The position numbers and the translations under genes were made by a program. This document shows, in pieces, positions 9,423-18,559 of a DNA stretch of 64,000 nucleotides (its first letter is position 1; the number at the start of each line of letters is the position of its first letter). Under the pieces are notes generated by a model that made no database searches, was not told the DNA's origin, and was given only the letters and a program-made list of their open reading frames with translations. Source of the DNA: a virus (Duplodnaviria > Heunggongvirae > Uroviricota > Caudoviricetes); IMG/VR virus record IMGVR_UViG_3300031718_000177; one strand, given 5' to 3'.

Positions 9423-9716
9423 TCAGGGTAAGATAAGCAATTTGTGCCGATAGAGAGTATCACACCAACTTCTCCTTACCGTATTACTTGGCAGCCAACT
9501 TTGTCGATATCTTTTGGCTCCTAAATCAAACCACTTTTGATATTGTTCAGAATCGTCAAAGCGTGGGCACATAAACTTTGCACCATGCTGCATCTCAATG
9601 AATAGTTGTGGTTGTGAGTCATCATTACGATAATAGATATCTTCGTTTTCAGTTTGTCCAACGAGTTTCCATACATTAGGATCGAGGCAACTGCTAAACT
9701 TTGGTTGGAGTTTCAT
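9423..9716 (-). CDS. hypothetical protein
   Basis: 97-aa ORF; 4-nt overlap with the upstream gene. Confidence 0.45.
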   Translation of the reverse strand: MKLQPKFSSCLDPNVWKLVGQTENEDIYYRNDDSQPQLFIEMQHGAKFMCPRFDDSEQYQKWFDLGAKRYRQSWLPSNTVRRSWCDTLYRHKLLILP

Positions 9717-11314
9717 TCGCCCATCTCGCGGAGTTTCTCAAACTCGGCCCGTGCTGGCTCGTAATTATCGGGTTTGTATTCCAACGTTTTTCGATCGAAT
9801 TCGAACTTCGACCAGGAACCCGCTTTCGTATAAAAACTAAATAGCGAAAAACCTTCTTTCAACCGGCGGTTGATTCTATCGTAGAATTCGTCTGTGAGAT
9901 ATTCTGTTTTGGATGTCCTAATTTCATTGTCAAAAGAATCGTTATGATAACACGCTATTAACATATAAGGAATGACCTGGCTCGTGCCGACCACCACGCC
10001 TGGACGACCGGGATAGGAGAGGCCATCGTTTCTTGCAAGTACTACAGTGTATTTATTCTTTCTCTCAACTCTTAGGATTTGATCTACTTTCATATGAAAG
10101 AAAGCGGCAATTTCTGCACTTCGGTAGCCATTCCTTGGAAAGTGAGTTGGAGACATTTTATTCTGATAACGGGTCGGCCCAACAATTTGTTCGTCAGTCA
10201 GAACAGTATCATTATTCTTCTTTCTCTCCTTGGTAAAATCTCTTTTAATAAAATCTGTGAATATAGTGAATATCGTAGCATTACTTTCATGTATAGGGAA
10301 GAGTTCAAATAACGAACGTGTTTCTAATTTTTCTAATCCTTCCTTAATTTTAAGTGCCTCAGCCGCAGAGCATTCTCTCTGCACATAAGTTTTAAGTTCA
10401 GTGCTCGTTGCGTCCATATATTCTATAGCAAACAACATATATGGCAACCAGTTGTTAGATTTTTGTAATGCCGCCAACATTAAACCGTAACTACCTATAC
10501 GTTCGTAATCTATGGACTTAGTTATAAAATTAGATGGAAATCTGGCAGTAAATTGTCTAACTTCATCATCAACGCTGATTTCAGTTATCTCCTCAATTTT
10601 CCTCTTTGAGAAGAGAAAATCTGCTAATGCTACCTGGACGTTAACGGTATCGTACGGAATGATTCCAGATAAAGAAAGTCCGTTATTTAAGCTCTGTATA
10701 ATATGAGAAGTTTGCTCTCGGGTACAATAAGCAATATCGCTATTATAATAATAAGGCCCATGCTTGTTCCATCGAACCAATTTATGTGTAAGCGGCTGCG
10801 AGCTTGGACCCTGTGTATTTTTAAGTTCTATCAACATAATAAACCGGTCGGCCTTTAGCTCTACTACTAGTACCTCATCTGGTCCAATGATACCGGAAGG
10901 AATCTCTTTTAATAGTTCATCGGTAGGTAGCGTTATTGTATCTCTTAATTTTATCTTGCCGTTTGCGTTCGCGTGCTGCTGCTCGTTTTGCTCGCCGTCT
11001 CTCGGGTTTACTTTTCCTATTTCCTTTTTTTTTTCTGCAATTATCCTTTCTTTTCTGCTCTTACAACATTTCGTACAAACGCAAGTATCGGGTTTACCGG
11101 TACAGCTTTCTTCCTTAGCTTTTTGTCTTTCTTCATATCGTTGTAAGTCGATTTCTATCGCTTTCGCATGAGCCGCCAACCTGTCTTCAATAGTAAAGAT
11201 AGAATAAGCGTAATCAGGGAGGTCCATCTTTTTATACTTCTTACCTATCTCACGAAGTTTTGTACAAACATCTGTTATCCCGGATAGAAGTTGTCTATTA
11301 TAATCTTGTGTCAT
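9713..11314 (-). CDS. hypothetical protein with a possible PD-(D/E)xK nuclease-like core
   Basis: 533-aa ORF; the segment GIIGPDEVLVVELKADRFIMLIELK carries a PD…(E)xK pattern. The nuclease assignment is tentative. Confidence 0.55.
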   Translation of the reverse strand: MTQDYNRQLLSGITDVCTKLREIGKKYKKMDLPDYAYSIFTIEDRLAAHAKAIEIDLQRYEERQKAKEESCTGKPDTCVCTKCCKSRKERIIAEKKKEIGKVNPRDGEQNEQQHANANGKIKLRDTITLPTDELLKEIPSGIIGPDEVLVVELKADRFIMLIELKNTQGPSSQPLTHKLVRWNKHGPYYYNSDIAYCTREQTSHIIQSLNNGLSLSGIIPYDTVNVQVALADFLFSKRKIEEITEISVDDEVRQFTARFPSNFITKSIDYERIGSYGLMLAALQKSNNWLPYMLFAIEYMDATSTELKTYVQRECSAAEALKIKEGLEKLETRSLFELFPIHESNATIFTIFTDFIKRDFTKERKKNNDTVLTDEQIVGPTRYQNKMSPTHFPRNGYRSAEIAAFFHMKVDQILRVERKNKYTVVLARNDGLSYPGRPGVVVGTSQVIPYMLIACYHNDSFDNEIRTSKTEYLTDEFYDRINRRLKEGFSLFSFYTKAGSWSKFEFDRKTLEYKPDNYEPARAEFEKLREMGE

Positions 11315-11329
11315 TGGTTATTCCGTATT

Positions 11330-11719
11330 CTACGATCTTTCATAATCGCCACCATGTGTTTTGGATATCAGAATTGAAAATATTTGCCCATTATAGTTGA
11401 TTGCCATTACCTCGGATACAGAAAAGGCGAGAGAATCAACACGATAACTGCCAGAGACAGGAACTTTTTTTACTTTAACCGGGTCACGAAAAAAGTTATC
11501 CTTTATTTCCATTGTGTTAAATAAACCGGGTTCTTTTGATTCCTTGCTATAATATCTGTTAAAAGCATCCCACGATGTTTCTTTCTGTGGTTCTCGCTTT
11601 TGTTCTTGTTGTAAGATACCTTCTACCGGAGGGGATTTACCAGCCGGTAATACAAAAACCTCTGTGCCCAGTAATAAATCTAATATCTGTTGAAAGAGCT
11701 TAACTACCTTGGCATCCAT
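11330..11719 (-). CDS. hypothetical protein
   Basis: 129-aa ORF directly downstream of tilS. Confidence 0.45.
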   Translation of the reverse strand: MDAKVVKLFQQILDLLLGTEVFVLPAGKSPPVEGILQQEQKREPQKETSWDAFNRYYSKESKEPGLFNTMEIKDNFFRDPVKVKKVPVSGSYRVDSLAFSVSEVMAINYNGQIFSILISKTHGGDYERS

Positions 11720-12760
11720 CTATGTCATCTTTTGGAATGTCACTATATCGCTATTACGTCGTGTTACCTGGACGTTACCAGGAAACGTGGCGGAACCACC
11801 ATCTCTAAAGAGATGATACATTTTTTGCCAATGTTCGCAAGTGAGTTTTCCAATCTCCCACTCCACTCCTTGCCAAAACTTAATCAGCACTTCTTTAGCA
11901 AGATAGGGATGTTGAGCCATAATGGGACCGGTGGGAAGTCTGTAGCTACCGTCCTTATATTGGTCTAGTTTTTTATCAAACATACGGTGGAGCACTTTTG
12001 ATACTTCTTTATCAATGAAATCCCTTACGTCCTCTGCTTGATTACCTAAGTTGGTTAAAGCTGATTTAACTTGAACGTTGTAATTACTTAATAGAGGCAA
12101 TAGCTCTTTTCTAATACGATTACGGGCATAATCCATTGAATCGTTGCTGGAATCGGTTCTAAAAGATTGTCCTTTAGATTCCAGATAAGATAACACTTCT
12201 TCTCGCGTACAGTTAAGCATCGGTCTAATGAGTTTAACATCATCATTTAACCAACGGATAGCTGGCATACCGGCAAGCCCTTTAACGCCAGTGCCGCGAA
12301 TAATACGAAATAAAATTGTTTCTGCTTGGTCATCTGCGGTATGAGCTACGGCTACATAGTCGCATTCGTGAATATCTGCCTCTTTCTCAAATGTTTTATA
12401 TCGGATATATCTCGCAGCTTCCTCGATACCATTACCGCGTTTTTCTGCTAATGCTTTAACATCGCAATCGACGATAACGCAACTTATTTTAAGATTGCTA
12501 CATAAATCTCCAACAAACCGGGCATCTTCATCTGATTCTTTGCCCCGTAGTTGATGATTGATATGGCAAGCGATTGGAGCAAGGCTATATTCGTCCCGTA
12601 GTTCATTTAAGGTAAGCAGCAAGGATACGCTATCGGCACCGCCAGATACGCCAACTAGGATTCTGCCGCCTGCAACTTCTGGCTGCATCGCATGCGGATC
12701 GCCTTCAATTTTATTCTCTTTCAAGAACTTATAAATCGGAAACAGCGTGTTCATGGTCAT
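11720..12760 (-). CDS. tilS: tRNA(Ile)-lysidine synthetase
   Basis: PP-loop ILVGVSGGADSVSLL (SGGxDS) and HINHQLRG block typical of TilS; 346 aa. Confidence 0.85.
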   Translation of the reverse strand: MTMNTLFPIYKFLKENKIEGDPHAMQPEVAGGRILVGVSGGADSVSLLLTLNELRDEYSLAPIACHINHQLRGKESDEDARFVGDLCSNLKISCVIVDCDVKALAEKRGNGIEEAARYIRYKTFEKEADIHECDYVAVAHTADDQAETILFRIIRGTGVKGLAGMPAIRWLNDDVKLIRPMLNCTREEVLSYLESKGQSFRTDSSNDSMDYARNRIRKELLPLLSNYNVQVKSALTNLGNQAEDVRDFIDKEVSKVLHRMFDKKLDQYKDGSYRLPTGPIMAQHPYLAKEVLIKFWQGVEWEIGKLTCEHWQKMYHLFRDGGSATFPGNVQVTRRNSDIVTFQKMT

Positions 12761-13407
12761 GCTACCCTCTTGACTAATCTGACCCTGCGGGCAACATAGT
12801 TTTCGTTCTTGAAAATACTATGTGTAAAATCTTGACAAGCGATATATCCGATCTTATATCCTATCCTCGGATGCTTCCTGTAACTACTCCAGTCGCCATT
12901 ACACATAGTATATAATCTCCAAAATGTTTCATAACTATCCGACTTTGATGTTGGACACGGAGCATGATTAATCAGTACAGGATCGTCTGCTTCGCACAAA
13001 TACGCTTCGATATTGTCCGCAATAGCAGCTTCTCCTGCCGCATGAGCTATTGCGTTGATTTTACCCTTGAATAGAAAGATACGACCGAAGTTAGGAGTAG
13101 TCCATTTACCTAGATTATATTCCAAATCCCAATAAGGGTCATCTTGTAAATCATATAAAGACCGAAGCCGATTGCCTTCTCTGCGCACAAGTTTATAGTA
13201 CAACTCATGGTCTAAAACATTACTGTTTATGCCTTCTTCTTCCCAGCCGAGATAATTAAATGACCTTGCGGGGTCTTCGCTTTCTTTTAAGGAATCTAGG
13301 AGGATGTGTAGTGCTTGCTTGTACGTATCGGCTACAATGCCTACTCTAGGCTTTTTTATCTGCCTGCGGTCATAAGTCGCACAATCGTACTCAAAGAAGT
13401 GGAGCAT
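12757..13407 (-). CDS. hypothetical protein, translationally coupled to tilS
   Basis: 216-aa ORF; ATGA overlap with the tilS start. Confidence 0.5.
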   Translation of the reverse strand: MLHFFEYDCATYDRRQIKKPRVGIVADTYKQALHILLDSLKESEDPARSFNYLGWEEEGINSNVLDHELYYKLVRREGNRLRSLYDLQDDPYWDLEYNLGKWTTPNFGRIFLFKGKINAIAHAAGEAAIADNIEAYLCEADDPVLINHAPCPTSKSDSYETFWRLYTMCNGDWSSYRKHPRIGYKIGYIACQDFTHSIFKNENYVARRVRLVKRVA

Positions 13408-13410
13408 GGC

Positions 13411-14226
13411 TTATGTAAATAAAAAGCCTTCTTTGGGGCAAACCTTACACTTCTTGATTTCCACTCCGTCTGTTGGAATGTCAAATGCTTCCCAGCATTT
13501 GATAACTTCCTTTGCTTCATCCAGAGTTTCTACAATTGCAATTCCACTATTGAATTGTAAGATACCATCATCTTTTACAAGAGCGTAACCATCAAGTTCC
13601 CCGAAGGATTCAGCGATAAAGGCGTTGAACTTATTTAGGAACGGCATCACTTTTGCTATCTCGTATTTAAGATTAGCTCCCATGTGAAACTTGGTATCTT
13701 CTGTCGGTTTGATTAACAGATACTCGCCACCAAGATAGTTGATAAACTCACTCACTTGAAATAAAGAATCAGAAAGATTCTTGGGACTTCTTGTTTGTAC
13801 ATCGGCACTAATAAATCCTTTCAAGCTTTCGGCGATGTGAGTGATAACAGATATGGGGTGGGGGCTCTCCCGTTCAAGATCAGACGTTCTATCCTGTGAT
13901 GGATATGTAGCGTCCACCTTCTCAAACTCATCTTTATGATGACTCAACTTACAAAATAGTCCGATTTGTATCATATCTTCGGCAGAGAACTCCTGATTTT
14001 GCCGCAGAGCGTTTACAAAGATTTCTCTTATATTGCTCACTTCTTCACAACAAGCAGGAAGCAAGCTACCTTCTGCATTTATAAGCTCAAACCATGTTTG
14101 CGGTTCAAATGGTATATGAACAGATTGCACTTGAATAACGCCATCGGAGTAATCAAATGTGCGTACATCACGCATATTGATTCCCAAATCAGCAAGAACA
14201 CCAACTAATTCTTCTTTATTTGGCAT
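13411..14226 (-). CDS. hypothetical protein
   Basis: 271-aa ORF upstream in the same operon-like run. Confidence 0.5.
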   Translation of the reverse strand: MPNKEELVGVLADLGINMRDVRTFDYSDGVIQVQSVHIPFEPQTWFELINAEGSLLPACCEEVSNIREIFVNALRQNQEFSAEDMIQIGLFCKLSHHKDEFEKVDATYPSQDRTSDLERESPHPISVITHIAESLKGFISADVQTRSPKNLSDSLFQVSEFINYLGGEYLLIKPTEDTKFHMGANLKYEIAKVMPFLNKFNAFIAESFGELDGYALVKDDGILQFNSGIAIVETLDEAKEVIKCWEAFDIPTDGVEIKKCKVCPKEGFLFT

Positions 14227-14514
14227 CTAGTAACCCCTTCCTGAAGTGTCTTGGTTGACGAAATTGTCAGGAACTTCGTCTTTCTTCAGTTTCTTGAACA
14301 GCAATTTTTTATATCCTTGTAATGCTGCAATCTCCTTGCGTGCTTCAGCAAGGTCTTTCACAAGTTTTGTATTTTCTTCTTGCTTCCTTTTTAATCTACT
14401 CTGGGCAAGTACAACTTTACCTTCGGTAAGCCGCAACTTTGCCTGTAGAGATTCCGTATCCAATAGTTCATCTATTGAAATACCGGCATCTGAGAGAGCA
14501 CGAATTACTTTCAT
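14227..14514 (-). CDS. coiled-coil protein
   Basis: 95 aa, heptad-like charged repeats. Confidence 0.45.
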   Translation of the reverse strand: MKVIRALSDAGISIDELLDTESLQAKLRLTEGKVVLAQSRLKRKQEENTKLVKDLAEARKEIAALQGYKKLLFKKLKKDEVPDNFVNQDTSGRGY

Positions 14515-16103
14515 TATACATGTTTACTAACTAGTGCAACATCCCTTAGAGGAAGACGGTGGTAAGCCGGAGCACCTGTTCTAGCGTAATAAATGCCGGG
14601 CTCGACTTCATCGATTCTCGAAACTACTACTGTATCGCCCTTGGATAAAAGAGTAGAGTTTTCTGGTTTCCAAGCACCCACAGTATTCTTCAACACCTTA
14701 ACTGTATCGCCGGGCTCAATGACTGGTTTCTTAGCACCTTTACTAACAAGTTCAACGTCGGTTAGAGGAAGCCAATTTTTACCAGTAGAAATATCGTACC
14801 AAATAGCATCTCTACTGCCCCAACCTGATTTGCCAAGACTTTTGACTACTACCGTAGGCCGCGAGCAGTTCTGCGCAGTCGCGCAGTGAAGCTCACGCGG
14901 CGAATTGCTTTCCAGTAACCTGGCGGCTAGAAAGCCGATCAAAACAGCTAGAGCACCTGCGATAATGTATGCAGTATCACCAGGTTTAAGCCGTTGTCGA
15001 AACGATATCAAAGCGCCCACATCATTCTTCAACACCTTAACTGTATCACCGGGCTCAATAACTGGTTTAACAGCTTTGCTAACAAGTTCAACGTCTGTTA
15101 GTGGCAAATAACATTCTGGGAGACCCGGATGAAGCGAATCGTACCATATACAATTTGGACCTGATTTCGTATAATACGCTTGACCGTCCGTTCTTTTAAC
15201 TATCACGGTGTCTCCGGGTTTAAGATGTTGATTTGTATCGTTTCGCCAAGCACTTACGTTATTTCTCAACACTCTAACGGTATCGCCGGGTTCAATGACT
15301 GGTTTTTCTGATTGCTTAACGGCTTTGCTAACAAGTTCAACGTCTGTTAGTGGAATGTATTGTTCGACATCAGCAGGAATCCTATTGCTATCATAGTGGA
15401 TTCTATCACCCGAAACTCTCTTGACCAGAATAGTATCGCCAGGAACACAGTTGCGACCATTTGGACTATTTGCGTCTTCCCAAGTATCTTTACATGTCCA
15501 AGCACTTACAATATTCCTCAGCACCCTAACGGTATCGCCAACTTCAATGACTGGTTTGACACCTTTGCTAACTAATTCAACGTCCTTTAAGAGAATGTAT
15601 TGTTCGACACCAGCAGGACTCCTATTGCTAGCGTAATAGATTTTATCAACCGAAACTCTCTTGACTAGAATAGTATCGTCAGGAACACAGTTGCGACCAT
15701 TTGGACTATTTGCGTCTTTCCAAGTATCTTTACATGTCCAAGCATTTACAGTATTTCTAAGTACTTTAACAGTATCACCGGGTTCGATGATTGGTTTATC
15801 TAGTTGTTTAGCGGCTAATTTCTGTAATCGCTCAACCTCAGTGTTAAGACGCTTAATCTCTCCATCTCTCTGTTGCACGACCGTTTTAAGTTCTTCATAA
15901 CGCTTTTTATCTATTTCAGCGTTATACTTCATATCTTGAACAAGTTGTGTAAGTTGCACTTTTTCTCGATAAACTTCTAAGTAAAGATTTGGGTCTATGG
16001 GCGGTTGTAGTGCGGCTAGACCCTCGGTAATATCTCGGTCAACTGACCTATCAATGATGGAAATAGGCAGTCCAATAATCGCTCTACCTAATTGCTTGAA
16101 CAT
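14514..16103 (-). CDS. leader-bearing repeat protein (6 tandem ~45-aa PGDTV(K/R)VL barrel-like repeats, one TM helix)
   Basis: N-terminus MFKQLGRAIIGLPI (leader family); coiled coil; repeats of ...IEPGDTVKVLRN...LTDVELVSK; hydrophobic segment TAYIIAGALAVLIGFLAARLL. Confidence 0.65.
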   Translation of the reverse strand: MFKQLGRAIIGLPISIIDRSVDRDITEGLAALQPPIDPNLYLEVYREKVQLTQLVQDMKYNAEIDKKRYEELKTVVQQRDGEIKRLNTEVERLQKLAAKQLDKPIIEPGDTVKVLRNTVNAWTCKDTWKDANSPNGRNCVPDDTILVKRVSVDKIYYASNRSPAGVEQYILLKDVELVSKGVKPVIEVGDTVRVLRNIVSAWTCKDTWEDANSPNGRNCVPGDTILVKRVSGDRIHYDSNRIPADVEQYIPLTDVELVSKAVKQSEKPVIEPGDTVRVLRNNVSAWRNDTNQHLKPGDTVIVKRTDGQAYYTKSGPNCIWYDSLHPGLPECYLPLTDVELVSKAVKPVIEPGDTVKVLKNDVGALISFRQRLKPGDTAYIIAGALAVLIGFLAARLLESNSPRELHCATAQNCSRPTVVVKSLGKSGWGSRDAIWYDISTGKNWLPLTDVELVSKGAKKPVIEPGDTVKVLKNTVGAWKPENSTLLSKGDTVVVSRIDEVEPGIYYARTGAPAYHRLPLRDVALVSKHV

Positions 16104-16106
16104 TGT

Positions 16107-16322
16107 TCATTCTTTCTTTTGGAAATCAGGATAACCGAGATGTTTCAACAGCATGACAAAAGCGGGGATAAACAACAACATACCGACTGCCCAATAAACG
16201 TTATGGCTTTGGAATAGTCGGTATATGCATGGAGCTACAAAGAGGAGCCAAGCAAGAAGCGTATATGGGGCTAAAGAGAACCATATATGCTTAAACCAAG
16301 CCCAATAATTTTGGAAAAACAT
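16107..16322 (-). CDS. small membrane protein
   Basis: 71 aa, two hydrophobic helices. Confidence 0.45.
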   Translation of the reverse strand: MFFQNYWAWFKHIWFSLAPYTLLAWLLFVAPCIYRLFQSHNVYWAVGMLLFIPAFVMLLKHLGYPDFQKKE

Positions 16323-16324
16323 TA

Positions 16325-16504
16325 TTACTTGCCGGGACAGTGCTTACACTTACAATTCGGGCAATGGCAGTTATGGTCTTTACAAGTACACCCTTTGCCT
16401 TCCGCACAATGACAACCTGCTTTGGAATCAACAGGACTCTCGCAACCCACACAAGAAAAACCAACAAACAACGCACAGCATACCAAACCGATCAAACTTT
16501 TCAT
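16325..16504 (-). CDS. Cys/His-rich secreted miniprotein (59 aa), below the ORF-track threshold
   Basis: Hand translation: MKSLIGLVCCALFVGFSCVGCESPVDSKAGCHCAEGKGCTCKDHNCHCPNCKCKHCPGK. Signal-peptide-like N-terminus, then about 14 Cys and 4 His in 35 residues. Its stop lies 2 nt from the next gene's ATG. Confidence 0.5.
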   Translation of the reverse strand: MKSLIGLVCCALFVGFSCVGCESPVDSKAGCHCAEGKGCTCKDHNCHCPNCKCKHCPGK

Positions 16505-16622
16505 TGAAACACCTTTCTTTGAGAAAAAACTGACTGCCTATTATATAGGCATCTCCTTTAATAATTGCCCGCTTCCGAGTTGAACGGAAATCGCGAGGGT
16601 CAGAACCTCGTGTGTTAGCCAA

Positions 16623-16946
16623 TTACACCAACGGGCCACCATCATCCTCAAACCGCATAAGTTCGAGATTTTCCATATACCAATCAATCTTACTTTGTAT
16701 ATTAAAATAACAACTTAATAGATTATGTACACCTTTCCACGACTTTTGTTCTCTAATAGCAAATACCAACATATGGCTCGCGTCAATACCTATGATGTGC
16801 ATATGAAAAAACTTACCTATCTTCAGGTTCCGTTCTATGTAAATCTCAGCATCTTCTATTTCCTTGACGCGATATAACTTCCAAGATACATTCTTGTGAT
16901 AAACTCCCTTGTCATATTCGATTAAGGTAAGGCTAGATGCCGCCAT
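16623..16946 (-). CDS. hypothetical protein
   Basis: 107-aa ORF. Confidence 0.45.
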   Translation of the reverse strand: MAASSLTLIEYDKGVYHKNVSWKLYRVKEIEDAEIYIERNLKIGKFFHMHIIGIDASHMLVFAIREQKSWKGVHNLLSCYFNIQSKIDWYMENLELMRFEDDGGPLV

Positions 16947-17088
16947 CTTTGCTCATTTTTACCTCGATACATACCAAAAGACAACTATCATAATACACAC
17001 AGCCGCAGCTATGATTGAATAGCCAAAGATTTTGTCTCTATCGTGCATGATGATGCTACCCTCATTCTACGACAAAATCACTCCAATT

Positions 17089-17724
17089 TCAAGTCGCTGG
17101 GTGCGGATTTTGCTTTTTAAGTTCATCTAGCAGTTTGTCTTGTATCTCGCCGGTAAACTGCTTCTTTGCGTTTGATGCATCAATATTTAATTCTGAGTAA
17201 ATAACATCTAGAACTTCAAGTAAAGTATATTCTCTAGTTCCCTTAAACTTCGTAGTGGCATCAATCAACAATGAACTCTCTTTATCCAAGAGAACTTCCT
17301 TAGCTAGTAAGTTCCCAATAGAAATACCATCTAACGGGTAATCTATCTTATTACCATCAGTTCCCATAAAATTGATAGAACTCTCAAGCCAACTTCTGCC
17401 ATCATAAGCATTATGCTCAAAGTAAGAGCGAATGATAAGTTTATTGATATGCTCAGCACCAACATCAAGTTTATATTGATGAAACGCCTTCGCATCGCAC
17501 GATGTATAATCCGATATGAATTGAGTTAAGCCGTAATTCTCAACTATCTCGAATATGTCCCCAAGCGTAGTGCTTTGCTCTATTTCGCAAAATAATCTGA
17601 GTTTGCTTGTTACATTACTTTTACCGACAGGGATAAGTTTAATTTGCTTGTCTATCGGGTCGAACTCAAGCAATCCTCGCTTACTGAATATAATACAATG
17701 ATTAGTGAAGATGTTATCTGTCAT
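17089..17724 (-). CDS. hypothetical protein
   Basis: 211-aa ORF; ATGA overlap with the upstream gene. Confidence 0.5.
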   Translation of the reverse strand: MTDNIFTNHCIIFSKRGLLEFDPIDKQIKLIPVGKSNVTSKLRLFCEIEQSTTLGDIFEIVENYGLTQFISDYTSCDAKAFHQYKLDVGAEHINKLIIRSYFEHNAYDGRSWLESSINFMGTDGNKIDYPLDGISIGNLLAKEVLLDKESSLLIDATTKFKGTREYTLLEVLDVIYSELNIDASNAKKQFTGEIQDKLLDELKKQNPHPAT

Positions 17725-18314
17725 GGTCTTCTCAACGGATTTCCGCCTCTATAATAATACTCAATCAAATCATCCAAATCATCCAAAACTGTTGCGGCAC
17801 AATCTATTTCTTTGGCGCAAGACGGTTTAAGTACTGTTTTGCCACTAAGAAAATCCTTAAATATATCTCTGAGACGCCGCCTTCTAAAGTACTTAGATTG
17901 CTTTATAAGCTTATCTATATTCTTGGTATGACCGTAGCTAATGCCATCCTTTAGACAAGCGGTAAACATCGCTCGTCTAAACTTATTACATCGCCAGAAA
18001 TATGCCGGTTTGATACGAATGGCTTTTTGAGCATTCTTCTTTTTATTACTTACTATTATAGTAAACTTGGTTTTGTGTTTTAGGCGTAATTTATTCTCTA
18101 TGAAACGGATATACCGGATTATATTATCTACTTCCCGCGAGCGATTAGGTTTATAGCCAAAGGATTTAGTGTCTTTATCAAAGACATAATCGTGGGCGAA
18201 CTCTCTGCAATCGTCACAGTCGAAGTAATAACCGTCATCTTCCGCCCCTGGTAATTCTTCCATCTTGAAGAAACCAGATGCTTCTATTATTCCAATTCTT
18301 ACAATTCGTTTCAT
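17721..18314 (-). CDS. hypothetical protein (basic, Cys-containing)
   Basis: 197-aa ORF. Confidence 0.5.
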   Translation of the reverse strand: MKRIVRIGIIEASGFFKMEELPGAEDDGYYFDCDDCREFAHDYVFDKDTKSFGYKPNRSREVDNIIRYIRFIENKLRLKHKTKFTIIVSNKKKNAQKAIRIKPAYFWRCNKFRRAMFTACLKDGISYGHTKNIDKLIKQSKYFRRRRLRDIFKDFLSGKTVLKPSCAKEIDCAATVLDDLDDLIEYYYRGGNPLRRP

Positions 18315-18559
18315 TAGTTTGTATTCTTCGCTATAATCATTTGTTCGGCAAATTCGTCTACATCTAATTCAGCTTCTCTTTCTATGTATCGTCCTTCGCC
18401 TTCGCCATCTTCCTCGAAGATATGAATTCTATTACACTTAAAATTACGATATCTTCCTTTTGCTTCATCTCTCTTTTGTGCAGAAGAATAGCATCCTAAA
18501 TAACTGATGCTATAATCATCATATGAACCCCTCTCGAACTCTAAATGGTAAAGTTTCAT
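18314..18559 (-). CDS. hypothetical protein
   Basis: 81-aa ORF; coupled overlaps on both sides. Confidence 0.4.
   Translation of the reverse strand: MKLYHLEFERGSYDDYSISYLGCYSSAQKRDEAKGRYRNFKCNRIHIFEEDGEGEGRYIEREAELDVDEFAEQMIIAKNTN

Noticed and set aside
10033-11171. Several plus-strand ORFs (10033..10236, 10079..10312, 10512..10706, 10764..11171, 10936..11118) inside the 533-aa minus-strand gene
   Set aside because: Fully embedded antisense to a long ORF with better coding character; low-complexity translations typical of antisense frames.
16291-16622. Track ORFs 16291..16476 and 16428..16622 (minus strand)
   Set aside because: They overlap, in other frames, the hand-found Cys/His-rich 59-aa ORF, which has a signal peptide and coupled stop-start spacing. 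The two track ORFs have implausible Val/Arg-rich low-complexity translations.
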